From Candidatus Obscuribacterales bacterium (GTDB taxonomy: Bacteria > Cyanobacteriota > Vampirovibrionia > Obscuribacterales > Obscuribacteraceae): DNA of 64,000 nucleotides. Within the stretch, counting starts at the first letter, position 1. Each line of letters starts with the position of its first letter. The notes under the pieces are model-generated. The model had not been told where the DNA came from. It did not search any database and worked only from the letters and a program-made list of their open reading frames with translations. A program made the position numbers and the translations under genes. Location: contig JAIETZ010000006.1 in assembly GCA_019744775.1 (NCBI GenBank), forward strand, positions 41,092 to 105,091, read 5' to 3'. Shown here in pieces: positions 12,001 to 18,000 of this stretch.

Positions 12001-15000
12001 CAACAGTTGGACAACCTGGAGCAATTACTGTCAGTGCCAACACCAACTATGCCGGTCTCGGCTTAGGTGGTCCGGCTAGTCCGGTCGGTATAAACGGTTA
12101 TATATTGGCGCAGGCAGGTGGTACAAGCCGCAGCGCCCTAACTGCAGGAGCCGGAGCAATAAATCTTTCCGGCAATGCTGTTGCAATTTACGGCACACCC
12201 ATAAATATAAGTGGTACCAATTACAGCATTTATGGCGGCTCCAGCATAACCATCAATTCGCCCGGAGCTAATCTACCGCAAAACTACGCCTCAGCTAGTA
12301 ATCTAGGTTCCACCAACATCATCGCTAATCCGATTACGGCAACCGGTTTCAGCGCCAATAACCCGAGTGCAACATTTACTTTGGGCACCAGCGGCAGTAA
12401 GGGCAATATAGCCAGCCGCATCAACGGCACAGCCGATACAATCACAATCAACACGGCACCCAATGGCGGACACCCGGCGGCCCACAACATTCTTGACTCT
12501 TCACCGCAAGTCTTCACAGGCGGCACAGTAGCCTTTATTTACAAAGACAACAATAATGTTACGCATACAGTCAACGCCTCAAGCTCGATCACGGCAGCAG
12601 AACTGGTAGCACTTATTCAAACACAATACTTGGGCACCCAAACACTGATTGTCGACGGTAGTGCCACGCCTATAGCTATTGGCGGCAGCTTCAACATTGC
12701 CGCAGTCAACTTCCCAACAGCTACGGATAACGGCGGCAATTTCTCAACACTAATAATTCCTGCCGGCGTTACAGCCAACGTAACTACTACAACCCTCATT
12801 CCTGCCAACGGTTCCACTATCGGACCAATTACCGTTAACGGTACGTTGAGTTTCAACGCCATCTCCGGTGGTTCATCCGGCGGCATTAATGCTGCCGGCA
12901 ATATCACAACCTCCGGTGCCGGCTTAATAACAAGCTCTCAGACAGGCACGGTAAGCTTGACCTCAACAGCCAACAGCATCGGCTCATTGGCAACACCGCT
13001 TGCCGTGAGTCTGTCCAATCTGGCGCTCAATGCTGCCAATGGTTCAGTTTTTGCAAACAATCAACTTGCCTCCGGAGACATTACGCTAAACAATTCCAGT
13101 GCTAATGCCTCAACAGGTTCATTCTGCTTTACGGCGACAATAACGACAGGCAATATATTAACTGCCGTCGGCAATACTATTTCAGCAAATAGAATCGGTT
13201 TGTCATCAAGTAACGGCAATATAGGAACAGCTGCCTCACCTACTGCCGTCAACACGCCTATTCTTTCCAGCTATGCACCCAACGGTTCATCCTTCATAAC
13301 AGACAGCGCCAAGGTAACCTTGCAGGATTGCTGCTCTTTAGGAAATGGCGTCAGCAGCTCAGGTATCTTTTACCTTGCCAGCACAAATAATGCCGGTGCC
13401 GGGGTGGCTGCAATTTCCTTTGCCGGACCGACTGCTATCTCAGCCGGAACGCTTGTCTTAAGAGCCACAGTTTCAGGTGACATCGGCTCGTCAGGCACAC
13501 CGATTGTCACCACAGCCGGCAACCTGACTGCCAACGCCGCATCAGGCTCCGTCTACCTTAACAATACAAGTAGCGGCAATGTCAATCTGCAAAGCACCAA
13601 CGTCAACGGCACGGTACAAAACTCAGCAAGCAATACTTTCAGCCTAACTACATCCCAAAACCTGACGACTGTAAATGCTTTCAGCACAATTAAAAACGTC
13701 ACGCTCACATCGACCAATGGTTCAGTTGATCTTTCCGGCACAGTATCATCAGGTACGGTTAACACCAATGGCGGCAATTTTATAATCACAGCCGGAACCA
13801 ATATCATTGCTCCGAGCAACTCCACTCCTGTAACTATCAATAACAGCAGCTCCGGGGCTAACGGCGGATCGTTTACCTTAACTGCCGGCACAACCAGTGC
13901 CGGAGGAATTATCAACATACCAAATATTTCACTTACAAGTGGTGGTGGCACAGGCAATATCAATTTAACCGCTACAGCAGGCACCACAAACAACGGCAAC
14001 ATAACAACAGCCGCTCTTACGACAACCGGTGCCAATGGAACAAGCGGCGCCACCGGCACGGCAGGCTTCCAAGGCGGCAACGTAACCATAAACGGTAAAG
14101 CAATAACAACAGGCGCAATCACTCTCAATGGCGGCACCGGCGGCGCATCATCGGCAGCTAGTGGCGGCATAGGCGGCTTAGGCGGTGTCCTCACAATTTC
14201 AGCAGCGGGCAATTCTTCCATAGGCGCAATTACAAACAATGGAGGAGTAGGCGGTCAGTCAATGCAGAATCTGACCGGTTCAACTGGTGGCATAGGCGGC
14301 GCAGGCGGCGACGTAATTATTACCAGTAGCACAGGCACCTTGTCGGTAGGTGCCATTCAAGCCAACGGCGGTAATGGCGGCAGTCAAACTACTGCCGGAC
14401 AAACAGGCGGCGTAGGCGGAGCAGGCGGCGACGTGACTATAACAGCCACAGCCGGCTTGACAGTTACATCAGCCAGCACCAATGGCGGCACAGGCGGCAG
14501 TGAAACTAGTGCCACCACAGGTAAAGGCGGAGCAGGCGGGCTAGGCGGCACGCTAAGTTTAGTAAGTGCCTCAAGCACAGTCACTTCAGGCACGGTAACG
14601 GCCCTCGGCGGTGCAGGCGGTAACGCCTCAGGCACTGCCGGAATTGGCGGCAATGGAAATCTCGGCGGCAATATAGCTGTTGAAAGTCACGCATCCGGTG
14701 TCACCATCACGGGCAACGTGGACAGCTCAGGCGGATTAAGCGGCACAGGAGCAGGTGGCAACGGTACACCTGGACAACCGGCAGGCAACGCTGACGACGA
14801 GAGCATATTAATAGCAGGTGTCGGGGCTGTCTCCATAAGCGGCTACGTGGCCGCTTCTGCCGGCGGATCAAGTGCCAACGTGATAACGGCCATCAATGCC
14901 AACATCACATTGCTCGGCAAAACAGTAGCGCTTCCTGCCACCGGCACAGCCTTATTTGGAGGAGCAGGCGGCTACAATGCCTATGGCGGCTCAGGTATGA

Positions 15001-18000
15001 CCATCATTTCTCCCGGCGTCATATCCAGTTTGACACAGTACAGTTCCAACGGTGATCTGTCTGCAAATGCCGGCACTGTGCCCATGGTAACTTTCACCGG
15101 ACAAGCTTTTGTCGTAGGCACCACTCCGCTGGCCAATAGCATGGGCGCTGCCTTTGCTCTAGGCACAAAATCAGGCGGCATCCTCTCTATAAATGGCACC
15201 AACGCAGCCAATCCGGTAAACGGCAGTTCGCCTGTGCGCAGCTTTCAAGGCAATCTTGTCGTCATCTACAACGGCAATGACTTCCTTTCAATTTCACCTT
15301 CGCAAAATGTCACGCCTGCTCAGTGGGTAGCAGCCGTTCAGGTTGCCGCAGCCAGCACACAGATTGTCACGCTCAATCCAAATGGCGCCGGAGACGCAAT
15401 TGCCAACAGTTTCACATTGTCTGACGCCAACTACCCACTGATCACACCTGCCGGCGGCACAACCAACACTTTCACCAACATCTACGTACCGGAAGGCGTG
15501 ACTGCCTTTGTCACAGCCACCAGCGCCAACAACGCCGTTACCTCATCCGGCAACGTAACCATTAACGGCATTCTCAATTACCAGGCCGGCTCATCCGGCA
15601 CTTTAAGCGCTACTGGAACCGGCGCAATAATCACAGCCAATGGCACAATCACCACAGCCTCAGGTCCACTGACCGTGTCGGCAACCGGCAGTGGCTCAAG
15701 TTTAGTAATCACAAGCACAGGTACGATAAGTGCCACCAGCGGCAATGTTACCGTGCAATCACCAACTATCAACAACAACGGACTAATAACCTCGTCAAAC
15801 GCCAACGGCATAACCAGTGTGCAGAATTCCGGCGCGCTTACCCTGACCGGATCCGGGCTAATCACGCAAACCGGTAGTGGTATTCCTTCTATAGTTGTGC
15901 AAACGACAAGTGCCGCCGCCATCAACATGAACGGCAACTGGACATTCAATGCCGGCTCTTCCGGTACAGTCACCTTGAGAGCACAGATATCCGGAGCTTC
16001 TATAAATGTAGGCGCCGGCACTACTCAAACAATTGCCGGCGGCAGCGCTTTGACAGTAAGTGCACCGCAGCTCGCCATGGGAGCCGGCTCGCAAATCGCC
16101 AGTCTCAAAACCTCGGGCACAGGAATTACCGTCAATAACGGAACACTGTCCGCGCCGGTCATCCTTATAGCACCATCCGGCTCATCTGCCACGATAGGCA
16201 CTCAGGGTGCCAACATAAGCATCAGTCCGTCGTTTAATCAGACGCTTACATTCGACAAGAGCGCCACTACTTTGGGCACACTTAACTTGAACACACAAGG
16301 ACTTGGCAGTGTCACAATGACAACAAATGCCAATACCACCATCAATGCTCTCACGCTTGTGCAGACGGACAGCAATGTAACCATGAACGTCAACGGCGGC
16401 AACAGTGCCACCATTAATGGTGGACTGACAACCAGCATGGCAAGCGCCAACTTGCTCATACAAAGTTCAACATCCTTGACGCTGGCAGGCACCGGCAGCC
16501 TGTCGGTAACCGGTGGCGGCAGCAGTTACATTACGGTTCAAGCGCAAGGGGCTAATCCGCTGACTGTGTCCGCATCACTCACCTATAATGCCGACTTCAA
16601 CACCTTTGTGCAGCTGCAATCGAAAGCATCCGGCGGCTCGGTAATTGTTGGTAGCGGCACAACACAAACAATCAACGGCAGCGCTTATGGTCAGTTGATA
16701 GCACCGCAAATAACCTTTAACGGCGCAGCCACTGTTAATAATTCCGGTGGCTACCTAGATCTAACCGGCGATCAGCTCTCCACGAGCATCACTTTGACCA
16801 ACAATACAAACGTCACATTGAATGTATCCGGCGGTGTTACCTTCATCGGCTCATACGCATCACAAGCACTTGTGATCAATAAGACAGCCGGTGCCAATTC
16901 AGCAACATTGCAAATCAACAATGAAGTGCAAACATTCTCCTATGGAGCAAACACAACAATCGCCGCAGGAGTAATTCTTTCTTCAAACAACAACATCACC
17001 GTCAGTGTCGACGGCGGCATGCTGACCACCAATGGCACAATAACAACGTCTGCTGTCGGCGGAACAATAGCATTAGGCAGTCTTGATGCCAACACAACTC
17101 TGGCCGGCACACCGCAAGGAATTACCGCCACAGGTGGTGGCGGCTCAGTCATACTTGTACAAGCAGGCGGCATAGGTCATACCTTGGCTATAAACGGTTC
17201 TCAATCATTCAATGCCGGCACCGATGGTAGTGTCACCTTCATTGCCGATACTCTCAGCATGAACACGAGCATCACGGCGTCATCAACAAGCAGTCCTCTG
17301 GCTTTTTTCGGGCAAAACGTCAATCTCAATGGCGGTGCAGTCATATCCGGCACCAATTCAGTTTCCTTCTTTGCCTCAGGAGGCTCAAATACGCTGACAA
17401 TTACATCTCCTGATGCAACTTCAGCGCAGATTGTTTCCAGTTCCGGTCAAATCGTATTTCAAGGACAAAGCATTGTCTTTGCCAAATCATCCGGTGGCAA
17501 CACAACCTTTCTCAACCTAAACAACTCTCCTACTTATATTCAATCCGTTGGTGGCAATGTCACGATAAATCCCAGTGTCACTGTGAGATCAAACAACGAT
17601 ATAACTCTGCAAGCCAACAATGGTGTCAGCTTCAACATTAACGGTACTCTTGAGTCAACCAAAAATGGGGGACTAATCGACATCTCCGGAACCGCAGGCA
17701 TGACCATCGCCGGCTCATCCACAGGCACCATCAAAGTATCAGGCTCAGGCGCCAATTCAATAAGAGTAATCGGCTTTGATAGCGGTCTGACTCTCAACAA
17801 TTCACTAATTCTAGATGCCGGCGCAGCAGGCACAGCCCTCATTGGTGCAGCCGTAGGCTCGATGACAATGGCAGCCGGCAAAACCATTAACTTTGCCAAT
17901 TCGACTCAAGGCAACGTGCAGGCAACAACACTTCTATTATCCGGAAATAACACAATCACTGGCTCCAAAACATCCGGCACCGCTCTCAACATATTTTCAT

